A DNA stretch of 63,648 nt, filler included, from Octopus bimaculoides (Eukaryota), in assembly GCF_001194135.2 (NCBI RefSeq). It is 6 parts of 5 records of this genome, joined end to end, with 100 filler letters (N's around TTAATTAATTAA, not from the genome) between each part and the next. Parts side by side here need not be neighbours in the genome. Positions count along the whole stretch, not along the records: positions 22,068 to 37,643 come from NC_068981.1; positions 37,744 to 46,249 come from NC_068982.1; positions 46,350 to 55,632 come from NC_068991.1; 3 more parts are not named here. One strand, given 5' to 3'. Of the stretch, positions 36,271 through 50,223 are shown in pieces; within the stretch, counting starts at the first letter, position 1, and the number at the start of each line of letters is the position of its first letter. The notes under the pieces were generated by a model. It had not been told where the DNA came from. It made no database searches and was given only the letters and a program-made list of their open reading frames with translations. Both the position numbers and the translations under genes were made by a program.

Positions 36271-36721
36271 GGGGGGGGGAGAAATAAAAAAACCAAAACT
36301 AAAGGATGCTCACGGCTGAGAAACTGGTTGGTCAGAGATCAGCTCGAAAAGTATTGACCTGGGGCTAAACAACAACATCTGTTTACGATGTTCTGTCTGA
36401 GATGATAGTTACAGGCGATGTCGAACTGGACTCAGATGTTGTAATGAGTTTGACTGACGTGTGCTAGCAGATCTAACTAAATAACCATCTCCCATAGGAG
36501 ATATATATATCACAGAGAAAATATTATTTTCCTGAAGAAGGTGCGGCTAATAGAAAATTATTATGGAAACTAGGGATTAAATAAACGTTTATATTTGATG
36601 TATGTGAATGTGTATATTTATGTGTGTTCATGCGTGTGGCATGCACCTACCTACCTACCTACCCCCCTCTCTCTCTCTATCTATCTATCAGTCGGTCAGT
36701 CTAATATTCATTTTATTTTAT

Positions 36722-37070
36722 TTTTGTATATATCTTACTTGTTTCAGTTATTTGACTGCGGCCATGCTGGAGCACCACATTCGAGGGTTTTAGTCGAACA
36801 AATCGACCTTAAGATTTAATTTTTTAAAAACTTAGTACTTATTCTACCGAGGGGGGGGGGGTCCGAACTTCTAAGTTACGGGAACATAAACACACCAACA
36901 CTGGTGATGGCGGACAAACACACACACAGATAGATAAATTTCCGTCTAGCAAATCCACTCACAAGGCTTTGGTTGGCCCGAAGCTATAATAGAAGACACT
37001 TGCCCAAGGTACCACGCAGTGGGACTGAACTCGGAACCATGAGGTTGGGAAGCAAGCTTCTTACCACATA
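36722..37070 (-). mobile_element. S2 SINE, near full length with internal deletion
   Basis: Tail reverse complement at 36722-36800; head reverse complement (aaatccactcacaaggc...gcagtgggactgaac...cttaccaca) at 36950-37070. Confidence 0.9.
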
Positions 37071-37323
37071 ACCTCTGATCACCTTTACTTAGATTTTAGT
37101 AGTTATTTTCTTGTGTTTTATCCTCATGTTAATTCTCATTGAACGGATGTAGGACTGCTGCCAATCTATGTCTGTCCATTCCGTATTTTCAGGACGCAGT
37201 TCAACCAGACTACGTCATCACACGTGTTTCTGTTTTTTAAAAAATCCGTTGTGGTGTGTAATTTGAGAGTTATTTGGCTGCTATTTCTAGTTAGTCAAGT
37301 AGCCATATCGTTACTCAGTCATT

Positions 37324-37635
37324 GTGGAGGCGCTATGGCCTAGTGGTTAGGGCAGCGGACTCGCGGTCATAGGATCGCGGTTTCGATTTCCAGACCCTGC
37401 TGTACTCTTTCACCACAGCTTTCTCTCACTCTTACTTCCTGTTTCTGTTGTGCCTGTAATTCAAAGGGTCAGCCTTGTCACACTGTGTCACGCTGAATAT
37501 CCCCGAAAACTACGTTAAGGGTACACGTGTCTGTGGAGTGCTCAGTCTCTTGCACGTTAATTTCACGAGCAGGCTGTTCCGTAGATCGGATCAACTGGAA
37601 CCCTCGACTTTGTAACCGACGGAGTGCTAACAACC
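37324..37635 (+). mobile_element. S4 tRNA-derived SINE with 8-bp TSD CAGTCATT
   Basis: A-box-like tggcctagtgg, B-box-like gtttcgatttcc; CAGTCATT at 37316-37323 and 37636-37643. Confidence 0.92.
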
Positions 37636-37643
37636 CAGTCATT

Positions 37644-37743
37644 NNNNNNNNNNNNNNNNNNNNNNNNNNNNNNNNNNNNNNNNNNNNTTAATTAATTAAN
37701 NNNNNNNNNNNNNNNNNNNNNNNNNNNNNNNNNNNNNNNNNNN
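37644..37743. other. artificial scaffold spacer N44-TTAATTAATTAA-N44
   Basis: Identical 100-bp structure. Confidence 0.95.
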
Positions 37744-40524
37744 ATATATATATATATATATGTGTGTGAGTGAGAGACAGAGAGACAGAGAGACAGAGAG
37801 ACAGAGAGACAGAAAGACAGAGAGACAGAGAGACAGAGATAGTGTATATCCATGTGTGTGCACGTGTATTTATATGTATGTTTATGTTCGAAAGTATGTA
37901 GTCTATAGATTCATGATAATAATCAAAGATATATTGAGATTTGGAAATTATCTGAAGCAATATTAGCATTTCTATCAATTTCCTCCTGTGTTTGGAGCAG
38001 CATAATTTCCTATCAAATCTTCACATCGTTTATGTTCTCTTGCTAGAGCAGAAATTAATATATTTAACGTAATCAACGGAAAGGAAAGGAAGTAACACTT
38101 CGTATGCAAATAAGAATGAATTCCGAAATGTTAGCATAAGTTTTAATCAGAATGTTCGAAGTGATAGAGTCTATGATAAGTGTATTTTTCTTGATAAGGT
38201 ACTGAAATAGATGTGATTTCAATCAGTTGAGAATGGGAATCAATTGTGTTTTACTAGATACAAGGCATTGTCTTGATGGTTATGTTGAATAGTGGTAGAG
38301 TTATAGCTCCTTTGTGAAGAACATAGTTTGTAGCTGTAAGACTTTGCGTTCAGTCTCGTAGCGTAAAATTTTAGGTTTATATCTTCTGCAGAAGCTACAC
38401 TTATTTCTGAGGTATAGATTTATTCTGACATCCAGTTTAACATCGCTTATTGACTATTGCGGGCATTTAAAGGAATCTACTTCCCTTCCGTCATTTCATT
38501 CATTATTGATCCCCGAATTGTTCTGTGACCTGTATAAAAATTCTCCTCCATTTTTTTTTTGTTGAAACACTCCCAGTTCTCTTAGGCGCAACCCTTCTAT
38601 TAGTATGTAAATCATAAAACTAATATCGCTTTGCTCAATGTTTTAAATGGTATGTTAATCGTGTAAATTTAATATAGACAAATTACAAAATTTTACGATA
38701 CTGAGTAAAAATTATTCCATCTCCATATTCATAAAAACTTAAGTCTGCTACATCTAATTCGCACCAAACCGAAATATCTGTCATAAACGAAATTGTGAGA
38801 AATGTCTCCTCTATTCGTTGCCTTTGGATTGTGTGTACCTGACTATGCTTCTACTCACGTGTCTCTTATTTTAGTTTGGAAGTTTTTGTTCTGTCAAATT
38901 GTGTGAGTCTATGTTTGCGCATGCGTGCATATACGCGTGCGCGTTTTGTATGTGTGATTTCTTTCATTATGTATTTTTGAATAATCGATGGATTCAACAT
39001 GTTCATTTTGCTCATGTCTCTAACACGAACAGTAAGTTTTAAGTACACTACTTACAGCATAAAATCCATTCTATACAAAAACATTATTTGAGAAATGGAT
39101 TAAATATTAATACAAACTGGGTGGCTGTGTTAGAAATGAAATTCATGTCGATGATAAGCAAACGGTCGAGAAATGAACTTAGCTGTGAGAGACTTTATAT
39201 GATCAATCGGTCGACCGTTTTCATTCGAGAGGATCGAAAATCGGAAAAACAATACATGGTGTTGGATTGGCAGATTATTATAACATCGGATAGGTTACTT
39301 CGCTCTATAGGTTCTCAGTTTGTTATTTATTTATGTTTTCCAAAAGTTACACATTCGACGTCTAAGTGCCAATCTGAAATCGGTTTTGCTTTTTATGAAC
39401 TCATTGCTAGCGGTGTGTAGTTCGGAGAATGTGTAAGCATTAAGAAATGTCCACCTTCAAAAAAGAAATATTATTATAAATCATTGCGTTATGAAGTTAA
39501 AATTTCTATTTGCTGATCCTATGTTTCACGAAATATAGGGTGGCCTAAGAACCATACGTTTGACAATACATGAAGAAGAAACAATACGCACAGTATTGCT
39601 AGAGGGTAATGCTTTTGATCATAGGTCAGAGTATTGCATATTTATCTAGGTTTAGACAACAGCATCAACAATAAAAACAACACCCGCAACATCAGTAGGG
39701 GTAGCACTAACAATAGCAGCCTATCATAAAACACAGAACACAAATTCAAAGCATAGAAGCCTATCCTAGATTTCGACGTTTTAATAGATTGTTTACATAC
39801 TTTGTAGCAAGTCGTAATGTTTGCCTTATTAGGGGCTTTAATTACGAAGCAGTAGCGCATTGGGAAATCTATTAAAAAATCCGTGAACTTATGAAAACCT
39901 TGAGACCACGTTTATTAGGCGGAAGAACGTTTCTTAACACGTTCCACAATCTGTTTGTCCATTGACTTTATCAAGTTCTATACTTTGCAAGCATTACGAC
40001 TATGTCACTGGAATCAGGATCACAATCTCTGTCCTCCAATCAGTCTTGGTGGCTCTGCAAAACATTATTGACTTTTGTCTTTCACGTCTGCGAAGGCAAT
40101 AAGGAAATACTAACAAGACAATGGTTTATTTCTAGTTCTTACATATTTAGAATCATCAAACAAGTTATTGAACTGTTTGTAAACATTCCATAACTTGTTT
40201 ATAAATTTATTCGATACACCGACAGAATGTAAATAAAAAAAATATACTCTATATTTATAGTTGTATACAAAGTTCTCTCTTCCAAAATCATTCTCACTCT
40301 TCCTTTCTCTGTTTCTCTCATTCTTTCTTTCTTTCCTTCTTTCTTTCTTCTCTATCACTAAATCTTAAATCTCTGCTGGATGTCGTTTGTGATTATGTTA
40401 CTACTTTTATAGATATTTACCCATCATTTTCAAGCAATTCTATTCATGCGTACAAATATAGAAATGTGTGTGCCTACGTATGTGTACAACAATTTCTCTC
40501 CCTCTCTCCCTCTCTCTCACCTCT

Positions 40525-40560
<36 letters not shown>

Positions 40561-41317
40561 NNNNNNNNNNNNNNNNNNNNNNNNNNNNNNNNNNNNNNNN
40601 NNNNNNNNNNNNNNNNNNNNNNNNNNNNNNNNNNNNNNNNNNNNNNNNNNNNNNNNNNNNNNNNNNNNNNNNNNNNNNNNNNNATATATTATATTATATT
40701 ATATTATATTATATTATATTATATTATATTATATTTATAATATATGCATATTGAATGCATATCCGTATATATATATGCATGGTTATAATAAGGAAGATGG
40801 TGATAAATTGAAATCATCGAATACGTATATTTGAAGTTACGTAATATATATTAGGAAATCTATCCCTTACGTAAGTCTTCTTCAGATAAAGCATTCCAAT
40901 ATTATGGAGAAATTGATGGAAATATCTTTCTATATTTGTATGGTTAGAGCAGTAAGTCGACTATTAAGTTCGGTTATATATGGCCGCCATTGCATTGTAA
41001 CAAAGTTACCATCTACTGCAGTTAGTGCAAAAGTTTACGGTTCAAAGGCCCCCGGTTCTTTAATGTTCTGCCATAAAAATTAAGAAATCTGCATAAGGTG
41101 GAAGTAGATGTTTTCTAAAGGGAACTAGAACTCCTCTCCACAATACCGGATTAATCAACATCCTAACATGAGTTGCAGACGAGGCAGCGGAATCAAAATT
41201 CCTTATAGACCAAATATAACAGCTGGGAGAAAGGCACACACACAGACGCACACACACAAATACATGCGTGTGTCAGAGAGAGAGTGTGTGTGAGAGAGAG
41301 GGTGTGTGTGCGTGAGA

Positions 41318-41370
<53 letters not shown>

Positions 41371-44300
41371 AGAATAAGTTCAAGTAGAACAATTCAAACT
41401 TTTTGAGGAGTCTAAAAAGAGACAATATTTCAAATAAATATTCATCATATCCAAAAATATAGCCTGCTAGAGCAAGCTATTAAAATATGAAAATACCAAG
41501 CAAAAAGTTCGTTATAGGCATGTATAAGATAAAATCGTATATAGAGACGTTAACATTTCAAAATAGAATTTAATATCCACATACGACCGTTACAAAGGGC
41601 AATACAAATGTGTAAGAAAAAACCTTAATCATAATAATAATAGTTAAAGTTATGTATCACCATTCTCGTCAATGGAGAAAAAGTTAAGGAAGACACCACA
41701 ACACACACCACCACACCACCACACCACATCACAACACCCACATACCTCCACACATACTGACACTACACATCATCATCGCACACTCACTCACCATCATCTG
41801 CACAACACATTACAGACGCTCACAATTACACACGCACACATCCACATGTCAAAATCACTAGACCCTATACACACACATACACATACACACGCTCACATAC
41901 ACACACGTACACGCACCTTCATTTTGGGATCACCAGTAACTTACTAACGCCCCTTCTTATAGCTATACTGTCCAACTACCTACTTCCAGCCAGTGGCCAT
42001 GACAGATCGCTAAATCCACCATTTTTTTTTCTCTCTGTGTTTTATTTCCATCGTATTCCCTTCTGTTGAAGAGCGTAGGCTTGGAACGAGCGTCAAACTA
42101 AAACACCTGCTTGTTGTTTATGNNNNNNNNNNNNNNNNNNNNNNNNNNNNNNNNNNNNNNNNNNNNNNNNNNNNNNNNNNNNNNNNNNNNNNNNNNNNNN
42201 NNNNNNNNNNNNNNNNNNNNNNNNNNNNNNNNNNNNNNNNNNNNNNNNNNNNNNNNNNNNNNNNNNNNNNNNNNNNNNNNNNNNNNNNNNNNNNNNNNNN
42301 NNNNNNNNNNNNNNNNNNNNNNNNNNNNNNNNNNNNNNNNNNNNNNNNNNNNNNNNNNNNNNNNNNNNNNNNNNNNNNNNNNNNNNNNNNNNNNNNNNNN
42401 NNNNNNNNNNNNNNNNNNNNNNNNNNNNNNNNNNNNNNNNNNNNNNNNNNNNNNNNNNNNNNNNNNNNNNNNNNNNNNNNNNNNNNNNNNNNNNNNNNNN
42501 NNNNNNNNNNNNNNNNNNNNNNNNNNNNNNNNNNNNNNNNNNNNNNNNNNNNNNNNNNNNNNNNNNNNNNTATATATATATATATATATATATACAAATA
42601 TACATATAGATATACAGACAGAGGGTGAGGGAGAGAAAGTTAGAATTAGGGAGAAGCAGACAGTGAACAAAAGGGGAAAAGAAGACCCTATTTGGTTGCC
42701 AAAATTCTATTCTCCTTCTAATGTTAAAGCTTGTTTGAGGTTTATTGATTCAAGAGATATTTCCTGTTCGGTGAGGGTACGTTTATTTAAAGATTTGTCG
42801 ATATATTACTTTACAAGTTTAAACGTTACTGGATGTATGTAATGTTTACCCATCCGGGGGAGTATAATTACTTCCTATTACGTTAAGAAGTGGTGCACAG
42901 TAGCACACTTTTTGACTCGAATCAAATATAAGACACTACAACAAATTGCACTTCAGAATTTCCGTGCAAGATAAGTGAAGACCGGTTTATAATAATGAAT
43001 TAAAAACCAAATAGTGACATTTTAAAATCATTTAATACGTACTTTTTCTATTTGCGCAATATATAATGGAAACTGCCATTATATTTCTTATATATGTGGG
43101 ATACCAGCATTCGCCCATGCATAAGAGTTTCCCCTTTTCGTGCGACCAATGTCCAAGGAAAAAGCAAAGGTAGTGACTCCGGATATTATTATGATTTCAT
43201 GCTGTGTCATAAATAATGAAACTTGCATAAAATCTTCTTAGTGTGACTCTGTGTGAGTGTGTGTGTATGTGTGTGTGCGTGCGTGTGTCAATCCATTAGT
43301 ATTTGGGTCGCTAGCAAAGACCGTTAGCTCTACTTTTCAAAGGTATTTATCGTAATCAGGTGTTTAGTTACGAGATGCTCAGGATGTTCACTTCCTGGAT
43401 ACGAGATGGTAAATATTAATTATCATCATAATGATTACTTCAAACACGCTTAAGAGGAGATATCCGTATGCAGAGAAGAGATCCAGAAGAAATTGCTGGG
43501 AAATATAGAGCAGATGTTTGAAAAATAACCGGCGCGAATATCATTGTTATCTTTGGGTATTTATATAAACCTGAAAATATATCTGGCGCCGTAAATGCTA
43601 GCACTAGCACATAATATGCATGTAAGCCTGACGCGTATATGTGCTAGTTTTATATGATCCATGTGTTTGTATTACATACTTGTTCATTTTTATAAGTGTT
43701 TGCAATCATATTATTGTAAATTTATTATTTTAAATTTATTGGTTCCTATCTTTATAAATATGGCGTAAATTACTTCTCACCATTTTATCTCAATATAACT
43801 GTGTTTAAACACTTATACACAAATGCATGCACAAACTGCCATATACGGATACGTATACTACCCAACTCAAATACATAAGTGCATATTCATTTAAGTATAA
43901 TGCAGTAGTGTGTGGGAAGAGAGTGGGGAAAGTGTACCAGCGTTAGTTGGAAGGTTATATAGCAAGGACATCTGAAAGTGTTTATCAAATTAAGCAGCCA
44001 GCTAGAAGCCTGTATTAACTGGAACTTCCGTTTGCTAACTTTGTTTTACAACTTGGGGAATGCGGTACAAATTATACAAAAGAAATCGTATTAAAAGTGA
44101 GACTTGATATATGTAATGTACAAAGATAAATGCTTTCATGATATACAAAACAGCCTCCACATTGCTATGGCGGGGAAGCGACGCAGAAGGATAATTCGTT
44201 AATTTTTCATCTCTTTAATGTAAGGAGTACAATGTATAATATAAAGAGCGGGAAATGCACCGGAGATAAGTGTGGCTTGAAATGAATACCATCAAAATCA

Positions 44301-44549
44301 GAATGAAAACACTTCCTTCAGTTTTATACACCGATTAGGTGAGAAGTACGTTGAAAGAAAAGACTGAGAAGTCTTCAAATTGTTTACGAATACAGAGATA
44401 TGATTATACGTACATGTATAGATGAGCACACACACACACACACACATACACACACACAAACAAACACACGCACTCACTCACTCACTCACTCACTCACTCC
44501 CTCACACATTTATGTATGTATGTGTGTATATATATACATAGATATGTAT

Positions 44550-44595
<46 letters not shown>

Positions 44596-45371
44596 NNNNN
44601 NNNNNNNNNNNNNNNNNNNNNNNNNNNNNNNNNNNNNNNNNNNNNNNNNNNNNNNNNNNNNNNNNNNNNNNNNNNNNNNNNNNNNNNNNNNNNNNNNNNN
44701 NNNNNNNNNNNNNNNNNNNNNNNNNNNNNNNNNNNNNNNNNNNNNNNNNNNNNNNNNNNNNNNNNNNNNNATATATATTACGAATAGTCATGGAGCAGTG
44801 TTAATATTTCACCAGATAGTGTTTTTCAAAATATACTTTTATGAATTATACTACATGTGAAAGTATCTTTTCAACTTGATTTGAAAGAATGCATTTTGGG
44901 TAAGTACTAAACGTAGATACGTATTTCAATACGATACTGCTTCTATTGCAAATAATGGATGCATATTATGGCTAATATATAAGGTGAGAGAAATAAAAAT
45001 GAGAGAAAGAGAGAGAGACAGACAGAGAGAGAGAGAGCGAAGTTATGACAAGAAGCAAAAAACAAAACACTTGGCATCACTCGAAGAAACATTTGATTTA
45101 GACGGAGAATATAAACATATAGAATCTTTCACGGCTGATTCTAGAGTAGACACATATTGTTCTAGGATTCATTAATTTAAGTATTTCGTTATCGTTGAGG
45201 GAGAAGTCAGGAAAAAATATAAAAATGAAGAAATGTCCCAAATCGAGGATATTAATAATTTCCATTACGTCAAAACTGACAGGGGCTCTGAGCGAGATAT
45301 ATATGCATAAATCTGGGTGTCATATATATAGATAGATCTCCAAAATGATATGTTCCATCCTTACTACGATC

Positions 45372-45538
45372 CAGATATTTAAGAGATGAGGAATTATTTA
45401 CATTATTTACATTATCTACATTTGACGGATATTCGTCCTCATCTTGTTTGTTGTTAACACAACGTTTCGGCTGATATACCCTCCAAACAAGATGAGGACG
45501 AATATCCGTCAAATGTAGATAATGTAAATAATGTAAAT
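45372..45538. mobile_element. truncated Penelope-like repeat folded into a perfect 55-bp inverted repeat
   Basis: 45396-45450 is the exact reverse complement of 45484-45538; the 33-nt spacer holds the 3' half of the hammerhead motif. Confidence 0.8.
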
Positions 45539-45849
45539 TATGTAATCATCTAATCATAACACTCTACATCGGTTCTTAAATTCATCGTAGCGCGTCCGAT
45601 AGAAGTTCCTCTTTCTCACAGCCAATAAGGAAATATTTGAGTAGTATGCCGAATATGGTAACATTGGAATAACTCGAGATGGTTCTAAGAACTCGATTTA
45701 TATATCTCAATATGAAGTAACCCGTCCTCCCCTGGATCTCTCATTGCAGATGCTTATATCTCTATAAATAAGACTGAAACGTTTCCACCCTGTACTACCC
45801 GTCGTAATCCATTCCGTCATTTGCTAAATTTGACACTCGTGACAAATCC

Positions 45850-46200
45850 GCTCGGCACTCTTCCAACTATAGGATCTTGGACCCAAATTCTGCTGCTGCC
45901 CAGAGGCTTTCGAGTCAATGTTTGCCAACCCACTCCAGCGTGTATGGGAGTAGCTCCTTAAAACGGAACAAGCGTACAAGAATACGTAATGTAATCTGAT
46001 TTCGCCCCGCACACTTTACAACTTAATATCCAAAGAAGTTTACCCAAAACTGTTTTCACAGTTAGAATATGACATCCATATACATGGTGCTCTTCCATAA
46101 ATCTTGTCCAACAATTGTGCTCTCAGCATTGTAGAAATCATAGCTATTATTCAATGGAGCATTTACATAAGCGCTGCAGGAATATCATTCGGCTGATAGT
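45850..46200 (-). mobile_element. possible very old LINE RT fragment
   Basis: Minus-strand DIPAALM*MLH*IIAMISTML...YGRAPCIW and ...RIWVQDPIVGRVP loosely follow the DGIPAELLK..G.VP.DW and AFDRVP blocks; weak. Confidence 0.3.
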
Positions 46201-46249
46201 TATGTGCCGAGTCTGATATTCACATAATATATATATATATATATATATA

Positions 46250-46349
46250 NNNNNNNNNNNNNNNNNNNNNNNNNNNNNNNNNNNNNNNNNNNNTTAATTA
46301 ATTAANNNNNNNNNNNNNNNNNNNNNNNNNNNNNNNNNNNNNNNNNNNN
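46250..46349. other. artificial scaffold spacer N44-TTAATTAATTAA-N44
   Basis: Identical 100-bp structure. Confidence 0.95.
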
Positions 46350-46375
46350 AACTGGCAAAATGACCATCCCCAAGT

Positions 46376-46416
<41 letters not shown>

Positions 46417-46431
46417 TGTATGTATGTATGT

Positions 46432-46501
<70 letters not shown>

Positions 46502-47002
46502 GAGAGGTCTGTGTAAGCATTAGAAATATGTTGGAACTGTAATGACCAAAAATATAAAGAAACTAGATAATGCAGGAGGGACAAGTTTAGCAATATAAGC
46601 AAGTCTTAACATTTCAGCAATTAGTTTTTCATCAGAATAAAAGGATAGGAGGAATAGGAAAAAGGAAGGAAGAGTGATTGAGAAGGAAAGAAAATGGTTG
46701 AGAGGCTAGAAGCCAGCTGGGAATGCAATTCTGTGAAGGAGTTAAGAAGGGTGGAGGATTGGTGCATGAATGCACATATATAAGAGTGCATCCATCTTTT
46801 GAGATTTGCATAAACTCTGGTTTTCATTCCTGGACTGGGAGATGCATTGTATTCTTGAGCAAAGCATTTTATTTCATCTTGCTCCAGTCCAGTCAGCTGG
46901 CAAAAATAAGGAATTATATATGCCACAAAAGCCAGGAAACCAACCCTATGAGTTTATATGACTCAGGAAGAATCTTTATGCATGTGTGTGTATGTGTGTG
47001 TA

Positions 47003-47320
47003 TCATCATCATCATCATCGTCATTTAACGTCTGCTTTCCATGCTAGCATGGGTTGGACGATTTGACTGAGGACTGGTGAAACCAGATGGCTACACTAGG
47101 CTCCAATCTGATTTGGCAGAGTTTCTACAGCTGGATGCCCTTCCTAACGCCAACCACTCTGAGAGTGTAGTGGGTGCTTTTATGTGCCACCGGCACGAAG
47201 GCCAGTCAGGCGGTACTGGCAATGGCCACGCTCAAACTGGTGTATTTTATGTGCCACCCACACAAGAGCCAGTCCAGGGGCACTGGCAACGATCTCGCTC
47301 GAAAGTCCTTACACATGCCG
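47003..47320 (-). mobile_element. S3 SINE-like element running into a gap
   Basis: (CAT)n-gtcatttaacgtctgctttccatgctagcatgggttggacg...; longest S3 copy in the window. Confidence 0.92.
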
Positions 47321-49779
47321 NNNNNNNNNNNNNNNNNNNNNNNNNNNNNNNNNNNNNNNNNNNNNNNNNNNNNNNNNNNNNNNNNNNNNNNNNNNNNNNN
47401 NNNNNNNNNNNNNNNNNNNNNNNNNNNNNNNNNNNNNNNNNNNNNNNNNNNNNNNNNNNNNNNNNNNNNNNNNNNNNNNNTATATATATATATATATATA
47501 TATGAATATATATATAATGTATGTATATATATACGCACACACACACACACACATCATCATCATCATCAACTTGAGTGGACAGGTTGTCAAGGTATGAGTT
47601 AGTTCTTATTCAAAGTTACTACTGTTCCAGATGGACTGAGGGTACATGTCTCATTCATGTATCATTTCTATGACTGGATGCCCTTCCTTACACAAATTAT
47701 TTTACAGAGTGTACTGCATGCATTTATTGTGGCACCAGCAACAGAAACTTTCTCATGTTCTTGGCAAAACAAGATTAAAAAGCTCTCAGTATTCCCTTTT
47801 TTCTGCTTCTTCAGTAACATTTTTACTCCGGGTACAGATGGTATTTTATCAAGGAACCAGTGAATTTGGTTTGTACCTTGAAAGACGAAAGGCTTCTTTC
47901 TGCTCAGTATTGTCTTCATTTCTTGTGAAAAGCATGACCAGTAGAGTAGGTGATTACAGGATGAACTGTAGTAAGATGGAGAGGTAGGCATGAGGATGAA
48001 GAGAGAGACAGAATTATTGGGGTGACAATGAGAAGAAATGGCAATACCAGACAGTATTGAGAGGAAGAAAAGCACAAATGAGAGAGAGAGAGAGAATGTG
48101 TGATGGATGGTCATACAAATGGTTTATGGTAAATGAAAGTACTAGATGTCAATAATGAGTAACCTGGAAGATAGATAGTAGTGGCTAGAAGTATAGTATA
48201 GTAATGTTCGCCAGCTAGAGAAAGTGTTGGACAATTGAGACAGTGTTGGTAAGCAAGTAATGGATGTAATACCACTACAGTATTATAAATTAAGTAACAA
48301 ATGACAGCTTTCAGTTTAGTGTTTGTTAGTGATATTGAGGCAATCATTCATTCCATATTGTTAATGAGAAAAGTCTCTGAGGAATGAAATAAAAGAAAAA
48401 ATAGCAAGATTAATTTTCAAAATAACATAACACTAGTTTGAAATATTTCAGAAAGAGTTGTATTTACAGAAGATTTTGTTGTTTTTCCCTCCATAGCAGA
48501 AGATTCTATTGTCACAAAAATATTTTTTATGGATTGGTGTTGAAATAGTTTTAATGAGCAACTGTATTGTTTGCGCATGCATCTGTGAGTGGAGGGTGTA
48601 TGTAGACAATCATGTTCTTTTTAAAACAACTTCTATGCATATTACTGTAAATTATTGTGTAGTTTCTAGTTTCTGTCTCATACTTCTTTCTGTTGTGGAA
48701 AAAATGCTGTGATACATGTTAGCCAAAAGAATTTTAATTTTGTATTACTATGTTACTATAGAACTATATACTAATTTCATATGTTTACTAGGTTTAGGAA
48801 TCCATTATGATATTTATATTGATATCATTAAATGAATTTTATTTTTATAAACTCTTCCGAATTAAATGCTAGTTATCAAATGGTAAAGTAAAATATGAAC
48901 ATCAGTTCTTAATATAAGGAAAAATAATGGCAATTTGCTGAAATAATTCAAATATTAGTCATTAACTAGTTTTGTTTCTTCTTTTCTTACCACATAATAA
49001 TTTCATATTAGCATTTTAATTCTCTCTGCATTAAATATGTTAGCACTAACATAAGTATTGTTATGTTAGTTGAATGTTATAGTAAAGACAAGTACCTGGT
49101 GGAACTCAATTATAACTGGAGCCATTTCATGCCACCTTTATTACTAACATCTATGGAAAAGGCATAAATATACAATATCCCATTCTGCCACCCCTATAAA
49201 TCACTTGTGTCAATATAAGAAATCAGTATTTCACATTAGGTATACAAAATTAGAATGCTAACAACTTCAAACACAACAATCAAAGATAATAAAATTAAAT
49301 TTTCAACACTATTTGACTCATTGACAATATTTGTCTTTTAACATTCTTCAAAACATCACTGTTGGTTACAGAAATTATTGTAGACCAAAGAAACTATTTT
49401 AAAACGTTCATTCTCAAATTTATATTCTGAGAAGTTACAAAACACCATTTTATTTTTAAATAATTGATAAAGGTTTTGTGTGATATTCATCATGTTTAAG
49501 TTACAAGCAGCATTGTCAGAGAAGTGTGAGTTGTATTATTGACTACTATTTAGTTTCTCCAATGTTTAGTAATGTTTGGAGGACAGCAGATGTATTAATT
49601 TTTATTGTCTTTTCCTTTTATATTTCTGTTTCAATCTTAAGTTTCTACATTATTGCTACTAGACACTTCCAGATCAAATAACAAAAACAGGATCTTAACA
49701 GCAATTATTTTGTAATAGATTATTCTGGGCATTTGATGATGTATCTCCATAGTTATATATATATATATATATATATATA

Positions 49780-50071
49780 GTTTTAGGGAAAATAACCAAT
49801 TTTCAAGAACTCATCGATGAAAATCCACTATCACATATAGAAAAATTAATAATATTTTCGATAATTTCAATTGATTTTAATCGATTTAAATTTCTTTTCT
49901 ATTTGAAAATTGGTTATGAAACACGTGTAATCTTTTTATTATATTTATCTTATGATATTTACTTTACTTTATATTATACTCATTTATTGTGCTTTTAATT
50001 ATTAATTTTTCTATATGTGATAGTGGATTTTCATCGATGAGTTCTTGAAAATTGGTTATTTTCCCTAAAAC
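49780..50071. mobile_element. 292-bp foldback/MITE-like element with perfect 74-bp inverted repeats in (TA)n
   Basis: 49780-49853 is the exact reverse complement of 49998-50071; TA runs on both sides. Confidence 0.8.
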
Positions 50072-50185
50072 TATATATATTTTATATATACTTTATCTAT
50101 AAGGCTCAATTTAATTTTAATTTTTTATAAATTGATTTTAATTGAGTTTTTTACCTGTAATTTTGGATTTTGTTCCTAATAATAT

Positions 50186-50223
<38 letters not shown>

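Noticed and set aside
39700-40110. Minus-strand DWRTEIVILIP...AKYRT...NKRG resembling LINE RT blocks
   Set aside because: Too fragmentary to support without an alignment.
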